Positions 52,042 to 63,708 are shown, counted from the stretch's first letter. The stretch is 64,000 nucleotides of DNA from an uncultured Planctomycetaceae bacterium (GCA_963785305.1 CAWAUV010000005.1:576001-640000); one strand, 5' to 3'. Translations and numbers: made by a program. The notes: generated by a model not told the origin, from the sequence alone.

Positions 52042-52596
52042 GTGAATACACCACTCCAAACCAACTTCAGCGGCTTCATTAATCCGCACAGCTTTGGGAA
52101 CAAGGTCGCCCGGGCGCTGTGGAAATGCGCGTGGCTGGGGCTATTTCGGTTTAGCCCGTGGATCTGTTTCGGCTGGCGAAATCTGATCTTGTGCGCATTC
52201 GGCGCCAAGATCGGCGATGCGCGGATTCATCCGAGCGTCGTGGTTTGGGCCCCATGGCTCTTGCGCATCGGCGATGGGTGCCATATCGGCGAGGAAGTCA
52301 ATTTCTACAACCCTTATGAAATCGTGGTGGGGGATCGGGTCGTGATCTCGCGCGGGGCGGTGCTGTGCACTCCGTCGCATGACTATCGCGATCCGCGCTA
52401 TGCGCTCTCGGGCAGCAAGATCACGGTGGAAGACGACTGCTGGATATGCACCGAGGCCTTTTTGCTGCCGGGAGTGACGATCGGCGCCGGCGCTGTCGTG
52501 GGCGCCCGAGCCGTAACGCCCCGCGATGTTCCACCCTGGACCGTCGTGGCTGGCAACCCGGCGACCATCGTGTGCTCCCGCGAACTCCGTGAATAA
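52042..52596 (+). CDS. WcaF-like hexapeptide-repeat acetyltransferase
   Basis: FGAKIG, WAPWLLRIGD, LCTPSHDY, PGVTIGAGAVVGA, VAGNPA. Confidence 0.85.
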   Translation: MNTPLQTNFSGFINPHSFGNKVARALWKCAWLGLFRFSPWICFGWRNLILCAFGAKIGDARIHPSVVVWAPWLLRIGDGCHIGEEVNFYNPYEIVVGDRVVISRGAVLCTPSHDYRDPRYALSGSKITVEDDCWICTEAFLLPGVTIGAGAVVGARAVTPRDVPPWTVVAGNPATIVCSRELRE

Positions 52597-52781
52597 CCCG
52601 CCGCCAATGCAAATCCAAAGCGCTGGCGAAGGTAACGTGAAAACTTCCATTTCCTCCGACCGGCAACCGGTTTCCGCGGCCGCGTTACATGGTAAATTGA
52701 TTGGCGCCCCCGCCCCCAAAGGTTGCCGCGTCGCGCGGCGCACGATCGCAACACCCAACATTCGACGCAGCCAAGCGTGCC

Positions 52782-53211
52782 ATGATTCGCCTCGGCCAAT
52801 TCGTCTTCGATCTGCCGACCTTGGTGCGCCGGTGGTGCGCCCGGCGTCGACCGCTTTCGCTGGGCGAGCGCGGCGAGCGCGCGTCGGTCGCGTTTCTGCG
52901 CCGGCAGCGCTATGAGATCGTGGCCCGCGGTTTTCGGCGCGGGGAGATCGATATCGTGGCGGTCGATGGCCGCACGATTGTGTTCGTCGAGGTCAAGACC
53001 CGGCAAACCACCGTGGCCGGCGAACCGAGCGCCGCGGTCGACGGGGCCAAACAGCGGCGCATCACGCGCGGAGCGCAGGTCTTTCTCGCGCGCCATGGCC
53101 TCGAAGGCTACCGCGTTCGTTTCGATGTGATCGGCGTGCTGTGGCCGTCGGGAGAACCCAAGCCGGGGATCGAGCATTCTGAAAGACGCTTTCGAGGCCA
53201 GCGGCGATTGA
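52782..53211 (+). CDS. yraN: YraN family protein (end uncertain)
   Basis: [15 protein letters not shown]...[15 protein letters not shown]. Confidence 0.85.
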
Positions 53212-53278
53212 TCTCGCCGCGAGGCCTGTTTCGGTTCGCCCGAGCCCAACGCGGCGAATCCTCCTTCGCGAAGACACG

Positions 53279-54227
53279 ATGGCGGAATTCTCGCTCCACG
53301 ACTGCTGGTTTCTCACCGGGCCCACGGCCGGCGGCAAAAGCGCCGTGGGAGTCGAACTGGCGCGGCGCCTGTCGGGCGAAGTGCTTTCGATGGATTCGAT
53401 CGCGATCTACCGCGGCCTCGATATCGGCGCCGCCAAACCCACGGCCGCCGAGCGCCGCGGCGCCGCATCGGTTGCTCGATTTGGTCGAGCCCGATGTCGA
53501 ATACAGTCTCTCGGACTATCTCGCCGCCGCGCATCGCGCCCTGGAAGAAGTCCGCGCCCGCGGTCGGACGCCGATCTTCGTCGGCGGCACGGGCCTTTAT
53601 TTGAAAGGTCTGCTGCGCGGGGTATTCGCCGGGCCGCCGGCCGATTGGGAACTGCGCCGTGAACTGGATGCGTTCGCCGACCAAGCGGGCAGCGAGGCAT
53701 TGCACTCGCGACTCGCTGAAGTCGATCCCCAGGCCGCGGCCCGCTTGCATCCGCGCGATCGGCGCCGCGTGATCCGCGCGCTCGAAGTATGGACCAAGAC
53801 CGGCCGGCCGATTAGCGAGTGGCAGCAGCAGTTCGACCGACCGGCGCCCGCCGAGAAGTGCCGAGCCTTTTATTTGCACTGGCCGCGAGCGACCCTGGCC
53901 GCTCGAATCGACGCCCGGGTTGACGCCATGTTCGCCGCGGGACTGCTCGAGGAAGCAAGTCGCCTGCTGCGCGCATCCACGCCGCCGGGCCGCACTGCCC
54001 GGCAAGCGCTCGGCTATCGCGAGATATTCGAGTCCCTAGAGGGCGCCCGAGATATTGCGTCGACGATCGCGCTCATCAAGACTCGCACTCGCCAGTTTGC
54101 CAAGCGGCAAGGGGTGTGGTTTCGCTCGCTCGCTGAACTGCGGCCAATTCCGGTCGACGAACCATTCGAAGCCGCCCGCGTGGCCGAGGCAATTCTCTCG
54201 GCCGCCCAAGAGCCGACGGGGCCGTGA
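53279..54227 (+). CDS. miaA: tRNA dimethylallyltransferase (frameshift near 53460)
   Basis: [57 protein letters not shown]. Confidence 0.93.
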
Positions 54228-54388
54228 GAGGTGAATTGCCCTGGGCGCCGGAAAGCGTGGCTTTTTTGCCAAAACTCGAATGAAATGGGAACTTCCGCGC
54301 CCCTCGCGGCGTCGTAAGCTTACAATGAGCGATTGACCCTTTGAATCGCCACTTCCAACATCCTTCCGTTCCGGGAGCTTCGCCGATC

Positions 54389-56503
54389 ATGCGACACGAC
54401 CCAGCGTTTGCCTTGCGCCGTATTTCCCCGAGTCTCATGGTGCTCGCAATCCTGGGAACCGCAAGTTTTCCCGACGCCCTTGCCGCCGCCGACAAGCAGC
54501 CGGCGGCCGACCTGCCGCTGTCGAAGGTGGTGATGTTCACCTCCGGCGTGGGCTATTTCGAGCACAAGGGCAATGTGAAGAACGACGCGGCGGTGGAGCT
54601 CAAGTTCAATTCGAGCGACATCAACGACTTGCTCAAGAGTCTGGTGCTCGAGGACCAGGGCGGCGGCCATATTTCGACCGTGACCTATGGCTCGAAGGAC
54701 CCGATCACCAAGACCCTGCAAACCTTCGCCATCGACCTGACGAGCAATCCGACGCTCGGCCAGATTCTGAATCAAGTGCGCGGCGAGGCGGTGAAGGTCA
54801 ACGCGCCGAACGAAATCACGGGCGTGATCCTGGGGGTCGAGCCGCGTCGAAAAGAAGTCGGCCCGAACCTGCCGCCGGTGGAATATGAAGTGTTGAACCT
54901 GCTGACCGACGACGGGATGCGGGGAGTGTCGCTCGATTCGGTCGGTCATGTGAAGCTGGTCAATGAAAAGCTCGATGCCGAACTGCGGCAAGCGCTCAAG
55001 ACGCTGGCGATGAGCCATTCGACGGACAAGAAGAGCGTGACGCTCAATTTCCAAGGGGCCGGCGAGCGGCCGGTGCGCGTGGGTTACATTCAAGAAACGC
55101 CGATCTGGCAGACGAGTTATCGGCTGGTGCTGGCCGACAAGGAGCCGCCGTTCTTGCAAGGCTGGGCAATCGTCGAAAACACGACCGAGCAAGATTGGAA
55201 CAAAGTCGATCTGACGCTCATCAGCGGCCGACCGATTTCATTCGTGATGGACCTCTATCAGCCGCTCTATATCCAGCGGCCGGTCGTCGAACCGGAACTC
55301 TATGCGTCGCTTAAGCCGCAAAAATATGGTCAAAACTTGGACGAGGATAGCTTCGCCGAGGCCAGCGGCCCCCCGGCGGCGCGTGAGAAGCAGATGCGAA
55401 AAAGCGTGATGGCCGCCGCGGCGGCGCCGGCCGCGGCGCCGATGGCTTTTGGGATGGCCGGCGAACGGGGCCTCGCGGATGCCACGAGAAGGCAAGAATC
55501 TCTCCAACTCAACCGCGGGGTGCAATCCGCCGCCCAGGGCGGCGACGTGGGCGAGCTGTTCCAATATGTGATCGCCACGCCGGTCACGCTGCCGCGTCAG
55601 CAGTCGGCGATGTTGCCGATCGTGAATGAATCGGTCAAAGGCGAGAAAGTCTCGATCTACAACCAAAGCGTCGAGGCCAAGCATCCGCTCTCGGGCCTAC
55701 GGCTCAAGAACGCGACGGAACTACACTTGATGCAAGGCCCGATCACGGTGTTCGACGCCGGCGCCTATGCCGGCGACGCGCGGATCGAAGACCTGCCCCC
55801 CGGCGGCGAGCGTCTCATCAGCTACGCCATCGATCTCGACACCGAAGTTGCGCCCGAGGTCAAAAGCCAGCCGCAACTCTTGGTGCAAGTGCGCTTGGCG
55901 AAGGGCGTGCTGATGGCCGACTACCGTTATGCGCGGGAAACGCACTACACGATCAAGAACGGCGGCAAGCACGCCAAGACGGTGCTCGTGGAAACCCCGC
56001 TCGAAGCCGGCTGGAGCCTGGTGACTCCCAAGGAGCCGAGCGAAAAGACGCGCGACCTGTACCGCTTCGCGGTCACGGCCGAGCCGAAGAAGCCGGCCAA
56101 GCTCGAAGTGCGCGAGGAGCGCACCATGCGGCAAGACATGGCGCTCACGAACCTCGACGACAACGCCATCAACTTCTACATCAGCCAGCCGGTGGTGAGC
56201 GACGCGGTGAAGGCCGCGATGAAGGAAGTGGTTGCCCGCAAGGTGGCGATTCAGCAAGTGGTCGAGCGTCGCCAAACCCTGGACAAACAAATCGGCGTGA
56301 TCGACAGCGAGCAAAGCCGCATTCGGCAAAACATGAACCAACTCGATCACAACTCCGACCTGTACAAGAAATACGTCACCAAGTTCTCGAACCAAGAAGA
56401 CGAAGTCGAGAAACTGCGCGCCGAAATCAAAACTCTGACCGCCGAGGAAGGCAAACTCCGCCAATCGCTCGACCACTACCTGCTCGGACTCGACTTGAAA
56501 TAG
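54389..56503 (+). CDS. Secreted DUF4139-type protein, copy 1
   Basis: Signal-peptide-like N-terminus, VVMFTSGVGYFE, INDLLKSL, PIWQTSYRL, GWAIVENTTEQDW, coiled-coil C-terminus. Confidence 0.75.
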   Translation: MRHDPAFALRRISPSLMVLAILGTASFPDALAAADKQPAADLPLSKVVMFTSGVGYFEHKGNVKNDAAVELKFNSSDINDLLKSLVLEDQGGGHISTVTYGSKDPITKTLQTFAIDLTSNPTLGQILNQVRGEAVKVNAPNEITGVILGVEPRRKEVGPNLPPVEYEVLNLLTDDGMRGVSLDSVGHVKLVNEKLDAELRQALKTLAMSHSTDKKSVTLNFQGAGERPVRVGYIQETPIWQTSYRLVLADKEPPFLQGWAIVENTTEQDWNKVDLTLISGRPISFVMDLYQPLYIQRPVVEPELYASLKPQKYGQNLDEDSFAEASGPPAAREKQMRKSVMAAAAAPAAAPMAFGMAGERGLADATRRQESLQLNRGVQSAAQGGDVGELFQYVIATPVTLPRQQSAMLPIVNESVKGEKVSIYNQSVEAKHPLSGLRLKNATELHLMQGPITVFDAGAYAGDARIEDLPPGGERLISYAIDLDTEVAPEVKSQPQLLVQVRLAKGVLMADYRYARETHYTIKNGGKHAKTVLVETPLEAGWSLVTPKEPSEKTRDLYRFAVTAEPKKPAKLEVREERTMRQDMALTNLDDNAINFYISQPVVSDAVKAAMKEVVARKVAIQQVVERRQTLDKQIGVIDSEQSRIRQNMNQLDHNSDLYKKYVTKFSNQEDEVEKLRAEIKTLTAEEGKLRQSLDHYLLGLDLK

Positions 56504-56540
56504 TTAAATACCTTCTTTCCCACTGGGAGCTTGATTCATT

Positions 56541-58670
56541 ATGCGACACTTCCCTCGGCGTCACGCGAGCCGCAATCCGTCGAGCGTGTTTCTCTGCTCG
56601 GCCCTCGGGTTGGCGAGCGTTTGCCCGGCCTTCGCGGCGGAGGACAAGCAGCCGGCGGCCGACCTGCCGCTGTCGAAGGTGGTGATGTTCACCTCCGGCG
56701 TGGGCTATTTCGAGCACAAGGGCAATGTGAAGAACGACGCGGCGGTGGAGCTCAAGTTCAATTCGAGCGACATCAACGACTTGCTCAAGAGTCTGGTGCT
56801 CGAGGACCAGGGCGGCGGCCATATTTCGACCGTGACCTATGGCTCGAAGGACCCGATCACCAAGACCCTGCAAACCTTCGCCATCGACCTGACGAGCAAT
56901 CCGACGCTCGGCCAGATTCTGAATCAAGTGCGCGGCGAGGCGGTGAAGGTCAACGCGCCGAACGAAATCACGGGCGTGATCCTGGGGGTCGAGCCGCGTC
57001 GAAAAGAAGTCGGCCCGAACCTGCCGCCGGTGGAATATGAAGTGTTGAACCTGCTGACCGACGACGGGATGCGGGGAGTGTCGCTCGATTCGGTCGGTCA
57101 TGTGAAGCTGGTCAATGAAAAGCTCGATGCCGAACTGCGGCAAGCGCTCAAGACGCTGGCGATGAGCCATTCGACGGACAAGAAGAGCGTGACGCTCAAT
57201 TTCCAAGGGGCCGGCGAGCGGCCGGTGCGCGTGGGTTACATTCAAGAAACGCCGATCTGGCAGACGAGTTATCGGCTGGTGCTGGCCGACAAGGAGCCGC
57301 CGTTCTTGCAAGGCTGGGCAATCGTCGAAAACACGACCGAGCAAGATTGGAACAAAGTCGATCTGACGCTTATCAGCGGCCGACCGATTTCATTCGTGAT
57401 GGACCTCTATCAGCCGCTCTATATCCAGCGGCCGGTCGTCGAACCGGAACTCTATGCGTCGCTTAAGCCGCAGACCTATCGCCAAAATATGCTTCGCGAG
57501 CAAGAGGAGCTCGCCATGGATGCGCTGGAGCGAGACGGCGCTGACAAAGCCGCCGCGAATAAACCCCTATCGAGGGCCATGGCCAAACGGAGCGAGGATC
57601 GCGCCGGTGGCGGCGTAGGCGCCGCTAACGGAGCATATGCAATGCGTGCCGGGAAGGGCCAAAATGCCCTGGACTTTCGTCGCGGGGTGCAATCCGCCGC
57701 CCAGGGCGGCGACGTGGGCGAGCTGTTCCAATATGTGATCGCCACGCCGGTCACGCTGCCGCGTCAGCAGTCGGCGATGTTGCCGATCGTGAATGAATCG
57801 GTCAAAGGCGAGAAAGTCTCGATCTACAACCAAAGCGTCGAGGCCAAGCATCCGCTCTCGGGCCTACGGCTCAAGAACGCGACGGAACTACACTTGATGC
57901 AAGGCCCGATCACGGTGTTCGACGCCGGCGCCTATGCCGGCGACGCGCGGATCGAAGACCTGCCCCCCGGCGGCGAGCGTCTCATCAGCTACGCCATCGA
58001 TCTCGACACCGAAGTCGCGCCCGAGGTCAAAAGCCAGCCGCAACTCTTGGTGCAAGTGCGCTTGGCGAAGGGCGTGCTGATGGCCGACTACCGTTATGCG
58101 CGGGAAACGCACTACACGATCAAGAACGGCGGCAAGCACGCCAAGACGGTGCTCGTGGAAACCCCGCTCGAAGCCGGCTGGAGCCTGGTGACTCCCAAGG
58201 AGCCGAGCGAAAAGACGCGCGACCTGTACCGCTTCGCGGTCACGGCCGAGCCGAAGAAGCCGGCCAAGCTCGAAGTGCGCGAGGAGCGCACCATGCGGCA
58301 AGACATGGCGCTCACGAACCTCGACGACAACGCCATCAACTTCTACATCAGCCAGCCGGTGGTGAGCGACGCGGTGAAGGCCGCGATGAAGGAAGTGGTT
58401 GCCCGCAAGGTGGCGATTCAGCAAGTGGTCGAGCGTCGCCAAACCCTGGACAAACAAATCGGCGTGATCGACAGCGAGCAAAGCCGCATTCGGCAAAACA
58501 TGAACCAACTCGATCACAACTCCGACCTGTACAAGAAATACGTCACCAAGTTCTCGAACCAAGAAGACGAAGTCGAGAAACTGCGCGCCGAAATCAAAAC
58601 TCTGACCGCCGAGGAAGGCAAACTCCGCCAATCGCTCGACCACTACCTGCTCGGACTCGATATCAAATAA
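56541..58670 (+). CDS. Secreted DUF4139-type protein, copy 2
   Basis: Tandem paralogue, near-identical to copy 1 outside the signal peptide and a central segment. Confidence 0.75.
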   Translation: MRHFPRRHASRNPSSVFLCSALGLASVCPAFAAEDKQPAADLPLSKVVMFTSGVGYFEHKGNVKNDAAVELKFNSSDINDLLKSLVLEDQGGGHISTVTYGSKDPITKTLQTFAIDLTSNPTLGQILNQVRGEAVKVNAPNEITGVILGVEPRRKEVGPNLPPVEYEVLNLLTDDGMRGVSLDSVGHVKLVNEKLDAELRQALKTLAMSHSTDKKSVTLNFQGAGERPVRVGYIQETPIWQTSYRLVLADKEPPFLQGWAIVENTTEQDWNKVDLTLISGRPISFVMDLYQPLYIQRPVVEPELYASLKPQTYRQNMLREQEELAMDALERDGADKAAANKPLSRAMAKRSEDRAGGGVGAANGAYAMRAGKGQNALDFRRGVQSAAQGGDVGELFQYVIATPVTLPRQQSAMLPIVNESVKGEKVSIYNQSVEAKHPLSGLRLKNATELHLMQGPITVFDAGAYAGDARIEDLPPGGERLISYAIDLDTEVAPEVKSQPQLLVQVRLAKGVLMADYRYARETHYTIKNGGKHAKTVLVETPLEAGWSLVTPKEPSEKTRDLYRFAVTAEPKKPAKLEVREERTMRQDMALTNLDDNAINFYISQPVVSDAVKAAMKEVVARKVAIQQVVERRQTLDKQIGVIDSEQSRIRQNMNQLDHNSDLYKKYVTKFSNQEDEVEKLRAEIKTLTAEEGKLRQSLDHYLLGLDIK

Positions 58671-58728
58671 CTTCCGGCAGTGATCCCGCGAAACCGGCTT
58701 TCCCATATCGCTCGCGGACCGGAGCGTT

Positions 58729-58971
58729 CTAAGGCGGATCGTAACCGCCGGGATGCCAGGGATGGCACCGGCAGATGCGTTTCACGCCGCGCCAGCCGCC
58801 GCGCACCACGCCGTGGCGCTCCACCGCGCCGAGCATATAGTTGCTACAAGAAGGCTCGAACCGACACACTCGCGGCAGCCAACTGCTCAGTAGCAGTTGA
58901 TAAGCCCGCACCGCGATCACGAGGCCGAACCACGGCGTGGCCACGATCGCTTGCCAAAGTATTCGTATCAT
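58729..58971 (-). CDS. yidD: Membrane protein insertion efficiency factor
   Basis: CRFEPSCSNY, RICRCHPWHPGGYDPP. Confidence 0.92.
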   Translation of the reverse strand: MIRILWQAIVATPWFGLVIAVRAYQLLLSSWLPRVCRFEPSCSNYMLGAVERHGVVRGGWRGVKRICRCHPWHPGGYDPP

Positions 58972-59406
58972 GGCGATGTCGGTCGAGCCTCGTTGCCAGC
59001 GCCGCCAGAGCGCGGTGCGCGCCGCCAGCCGGGCGGCCGCCTGCCGCGCGAGTCGCTCGAGCGATGCCCGCAGGCTGGCGAGCGCCGGCGGCTCGCTCGC
59101 GCGCGGGATCACGATCAGATCGATTCCCAGGGGCAATTGCGGCCGCGAGAGGCGAAAAGCCTCGCGAATCAACCGCTTCCAGCGATTTCGCCGCACGGCG
59201 CCGCCTACCTTGCGCGATACCGAAAGCCCCAGCCGCGGGCGCCCGAGCGCATTTTCACATACAAACACCAAAATCGCTCCGTCCGCCGCGCTCCGGCGCC
59301 GGGCATACACGCAATCGAACTCCGCTGGCCGCCGCAGTCGATCTTCCGGACGAAATCGCTGATCGACGCGCGAAGCCGCCGGCTGGAATGAAGCGTTGTC
59401 GTTCAT
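58968..59406 (-). CDS. rnpA: Ribonuclease P protein component (stop uncertain)
   Basis: RLRRPAEF, RLGLSVSRKVGGAVRRNRWKRLIREAFR. Confidence 0.92.
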
Positions 59407-59416
59407 GATTGTTCGT

Positions 59417-59740
59417 TCACAATGCCTTATCGTCCGACGCATCGCGTTTCGGCGCCAGCGAGTTGCGAGCCCAGGCGTCGGGGTCGAGCCGCGTCGGCGG
59501 CAAGGGGCCGCTGATCTGGCGCCGCCAAGCGCGCATCAAATAGGCAATCACCACCACCATCGCCAGCACCGTAAACAGGAGCAGCGCCGTGGCGCCGATC
59601 AGGCGAAGCTGCAGCGAAACCCGTTGCGGCGCCGGCTGCTGTTGCTGGGCCAGGGGCTCGCCGGGCGCCGGGACTTCGACCGGCAGCGCGGAAGTCGACG
59701 CCGGCAAAGTCGGCTCGGCGTGGTCGGGCGATGAAGGCAC
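59417..59740 (-). CDS. Hypothetical single-pass membrane protein
   Basis: One TM helix; co-oriented between the J-domain gene and rnpA; start uncertain. Confidence 0.5.
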   Translation of the reverse strand: MPSSPDHAEPTLPASTSALPVEVPAPGEPLAQQQQPAPQRVSLQLRLIGATALLLFTVLAMVVVIAYLMRAWRRQISGPLPPTRLDPDAWARNSLAPKRDASDDKAL

Positions 59741-59771
59741 GGCGGCGTTCTCGAAAAAAATGCGTCTGTCG

Positions 59772-60769
59772 CTACCAGTGCAGGTCGGCCCGGGCCGCCG
59801 CGGGTTTTCCGGCGTCGGTGTGGGCATCGATCTGGCGAATGAGGTTCAACGTTTCTTCATCGAGCGGCTTGGGCAACATGATTTGGATTTCGGCATAGAG
59901 ATCGCCGGCCGGGCGGCCCTTGGCCGCCACGCCGTGTCCCTTGACCCGAAGCTTCGTGCCACTCGACGTGCCCGGCGGCACGCGGAGGGAAATCACGCCC
60001 TTGGGCGTGGGCAAGTCGATCTTGGCGCCGAGCGCGGCCTCGGCCAGCGTCACCGGCGCCTTCACATCCAGGTGATCGCCGCGGCGCTGGAAATGCGAAT
60101 GCGGGCGCACATGCACCGTCACCAGCAAATCGCCCGGCGGCGCGTCGTCGGGCTGCTCGCCCTGGTTGCGGAGTCGAATTTTTTTGCCGTCTTCGATCCC
60201 GGCCGGAATCTTCACGGTGATCGTTTCCACGCGGCCGTCTTCGCGCCGCAGCATCATTTGCGTCTCGCCGCCGGTGACCGCGGTGGTGAAGGGAATTTCG
60301 AGTTCGGCCTCGACATTGGCCCCGCGACGTGGCCCGGTCGAAGCTCGGCCGCCGCGTCCGGAGCGGGGCCCCCGAAATTGCGAGAACAGATCGGAAAATC
60401 CGCCGCTGCTAGCGCCGGGATCGCCGCCGCCGAAGATCGAGCTAAAGTCGAAGCCCTCGGCGCTGCCTCCGCCAAAGCCGCCTCCGGGATACGCGCCGCG
60501 AAATCCGCCCGCCGCGCCGTCGGGGCCACCCGGACCGCCGCGGCCGCTCATTGCCTCAAACGATTCGCCATGCCGATCGTAGAGCTCCCGCTTGGCCGGA
60601 TCATTGAGCACATCGAACGCGCGTTGCACCTCTTGAAATTTCTTGGTCGCGGCCTTGTCGTCGGGATGCAAGTCGGGATGATACTTGCGCGAGCTTGCGA
60701 TAGGCTTTTTGAATCTCGTCGTTCGAGGCGCCGCGCAACACCGAGCACTTGATAATAATCTTCTGCCAT
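59772..60769 (-). CDS. DnaJ-class (CbpA-like) chaperone without zinc finger (N-terminal frameshifts)
   Basis: MAEDYYQVLGV, EIQKAYRKLA, HPD, G/F-rich region, VKIPAGIEDGKKIRLRNQG, LRVKGHGV. Confidence 0.9.
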
Positions 60770-61078
60770 CCGACGCTTTGTCCCAGTTTAAATTGCCCGA
60801 GCGCGGTCGACGAACCCCAAATAGTCGTTTTCGCCCGCCCGATCCGCGATGCTTTCAGTCTACCAACCGCGATCGCCAAGGTGTAGAGCGAGCCCACGCG
60901 AACGACCGCAACCATTGCCGCCGGGCTACTTGTCGGGGACAATGGAGGCTGGGGATCCGACGAGCGGAGAGCAAATTGCGAGGAATCGCGGATTTCGCGC
61001 TCGAGCGGTCCATCGTTGCGCCCGGTTACCGCGGCGGCGCCGATTTTATCCTTTGTTGCATGGAAAGCGGCGCTCCCA

Positions 61079-62412
61079 ATGACGGGCTCTCGCTCGCTCT
61101 CGTGTCACGCCGCTCGGCGCCGCTCGGCGTCATCGACACGACGCTTGTTGTTCTCGTCGATCGCGACGGCGGCGCCGATCGCGCCAATCGGGACTCTCCT
61201 TGTAGTGCTTGCGATCTCGAACGCGTTCACGGCTACCGCGGTCGCTCAACCCCAGGCTCAAGGAGCTCGCCATCGCGCGGAGCCCGCGGATGCCGAGCCC
61301 ACGTGGCTGACCGGCGCGGCGCGAGCCCAGCAGATCTCCGAGGTCCCGGTCAGCGTGACGTGGACCGGATCGCCGCTCGAGGATTCGCTCCACATGCTGG
61401 CCCAGACGGTGCGGGTGGCGATCGTGCTCGACCGCCGCATCGATCCCGCGCGCGAGTTGAAAGGCGTTTTCGAAAACACAACGCTCGGCGAGTTACTCGA
61501 CAAGCTCGCCGCCGACCAGGGGCTTGGCGTCAGTCTGTTTAACGACATCGTATATCTCGGGCCGCCGCGAGTCGCTCATCGACTTCGCACGCTGGCGGCG
61601 CTCGAACGTGAATCGCTAGCCCATGCCCCGACCGTGCGCAAACGGGTATTGCTCGAAGCTCGCCCGATGCGCTGGGCCGCCGGCTCGACGCCGCAATCGC
61701 TGCTGGCCGAGTTGGAAAAAGAGTCGGGCATGAGCATCGAGAATAAGGATCGCGTGCCTCACGACCTTTGGCGAGCCGGCGACTTGCCCCCGCTGGCATG
61801 GATCGATCGGCTGCTGCTCGTGTGCCGCAGTTCGATCTGGCGGCAAAGGTCGCGGCCGACGGATCGTCGGTAGGTCTCGAACCGCTCGACGAGCAGGCCA
61901 TGCTCACTCGGAGCTATCCCGGCCAGGGGCAAGCCCGAGCGCTCGCGGAGCGCTGGCGGCGACTCGTGCCCGACGCCAAGATCGAGCCCCAGGGCGATCG
62001 CGTGGTTGTCAGCGGCACGGCCGAAGAACACGAACTGCTCGATGCTGCCCGCAAACAGCAGCCCGCGGCATCGGGCGCCGGCAAGAAACTGGCCCTGGGC
62101 AAACCGCTCGGCGATGGCAGCCCTCGCGGCAAAACCATCGTGAAGACTCCGGCGAAAAAAGTCTATTCGCTCAAGATCGATAAAGTGCCGATCGGCGCGC
62201 TGATTGCCGAGCTCGGCAAGAAGCTCGAGCTCGAAGTGGTGCTCGACGACGCGTCGATCAAGCGGCAAGCCGTCGACATGGATCAGCTCGTGAGCTTCGA
62301 AGTGAAGAATGTCTCGCTCGATGAGCTGCTGTCCGCGGCCCTCGCCCCCGCCGAGCTCACGTTTCGCCGCGACGACCGCCGCCTAAGCATAACCCCGCGC
62401 GAAAAGCGCTAA
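61079..62412 (+). CDS. Exported hypothetical protein with STN-like segments (frameshift near 61820)
   Basis: VAIVLDRRIDP, VPHDLW, VSFEVKNVSLDELL across ORFs 61016-61873 and 61768-62412. Confidence 0.55.
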
Positions 62413-62442
62413 GGTGAACTGAGCTCATGCTCGCGTCGCCCC

Positions 62443-63708
62443 TCACCTCCGCATTGTCCCATCGATCGCCGAGCGCATCGCCTTGATCCGCTCGCCTTGC
62501 TCCTGAACACGTCGATCCGGATCGCGTCGGGCAATCTCTTGAATCTCTCGGGCCAGTTCCGGATCGTTGATCGTCGCCATCACTCCGATCGCGGCGCGGC
62601 GCACTTCGGCGCGTTCGTCGCGAGCCAGCCAGAGAAGCCAGATTTTGGCGTCGATTCCCGGAACTCGCGGCAGCTCTTCCGCCAACTTCTCGCGCTCCGA
62701 GGGATCGCGCAATACGAGCCGCCGCGCGAGAGCCAACTCGCGATCGCCGAAGCCCGACTCGGTCAAGCGTCGCTCGGCCTGCTGGGCCACGCGCGGGTCG
62801 GGACTCTTGAGCTCGCGAATCCAATTGATGATCCGTGTCTCCTCGGGCGCCAAAGGCCGAAGGGGATTGTCGCTGGGTTGCGTGAGTTGGGTTCGCCGCA
62901 CGCCGCCGCGCGGATGCCGCAGATTCGGCAGTTCGGGCAATTCCTGCAGCGGGTCGGGCTCCAAATCCAGCGGCGCCGGCTCCCGCATGGCCTCGATTTC
63001 CGCGTCGGGCGAAAGCACCTCGACCCGTTCGCTGGCGTTGGCCTCGGCTAGCGGCGCTGGCGTGGTCTCGACGGCGGTCTCGGGCTCGATTGCCGGCGCC
63101 TTTGCCGAGGGCGCCGCCAGTTTCACGGGCGCGGGCTCGACGATCGGATAGGGCGCCAGCACCGCTTCCACTTCTTCGGCCGAGGGCCCGCGGCGCACTT
63201 GGCGGCTATTGCGATGATCTTCGGCCGCCGCTTCGAGAATCCGCTGGCAAGCCGGTAGCGCGGTGTCCGACACCAGCCGATGCCCGGCCGTGTCGCCGCG
63301 TAGAAGGCGTTCGACAAGCTCCTCGGCGAATTGGCGCCCGATGGGGCCAAACGTATCGATTCGTTCGGCCAGCGCCGCCACGAGCACATCGAGCCGCTCG
63401 GCCGCGGGCCCGGAGTCGAGCTCGAGCCAGCGATCGACCTCGGCCGCGAGCAAGCTTTGGGCCTTGGCGCTCATCGCCGCATGCTGGCTGCCGATCAATT
63501 CGGCGAGCACTCGCGTGCCGGGGTCGCCGAGCCGGGTGAGCTCGGGCATCCAGCGGAGCGCGTCGACTTCATCGGCTTCGAGAATCTGGCTTCGCCAGAA
63601 ATCGGCGAGCTTGCTGGGCGTTTGCCGCAAACACCAAGGCGCGATCGCCAGCATGCCCGCTGCCAGCAGCGCGGCAAAGAGCAAGAATTTCATCCAGCGG
63701 ATCTGCAT
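62443..63708 (-). CDS. Membrane-anchored protein with C-terminal HEAT-like repeats
   Basis: N-terminal TM helix; LARDERAEVRRAAI and ARRDPDRRVQE. Confidence 0.65.
   Translation of the reverse strand: MQIRWMKFLLFAALLAAGMLAIAPWCLRQTPSKLADFWRSQILEADEVDALRWMPELTRLGDPGTRVLAELIGSQHAAMSAKAQSLLAAEVDRWLELDSGPAAERLDVLVAALAERIDTFGPIGRQFAEELVERLLRGDTAGHRLVSDTALPACQRILEAAAEDHRNSRQVRRGPSAEEVEAVLAPYPIVEPAPVKLAAPSAKAPAIEPETAVETTPAPLAEANASERVEVLSPDAEIEAMREPAPLDLEPDPLQELPELPNLRHPRGGVRRTQLTQPSDNPLRPLAPEETRIINWIRELKSPDPRVAQQAERRLTESGFGDRELALARRLVLRDPSEREKLAEELPRVPGIDAKIWLLWLARDERAEVRRAAIGVMATINDPELAREIQEIARRDPDRRVQEQGERIKAMRSAIDGTMRR

Noticed and set aside
52701..54227. Apparent YraN-MiaA fusion ORF
   Set aside because: The MiaA N-terminus with its P-loop is in another frame starting at 53279; the long ORF is an indel artefact.
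58729..59442. Apparent RnpA-YidD fusion
   Set aside because: The yidD start sits in an ATGA that would give the usual overlapping stop of rnpA; one indel explains the fusion.
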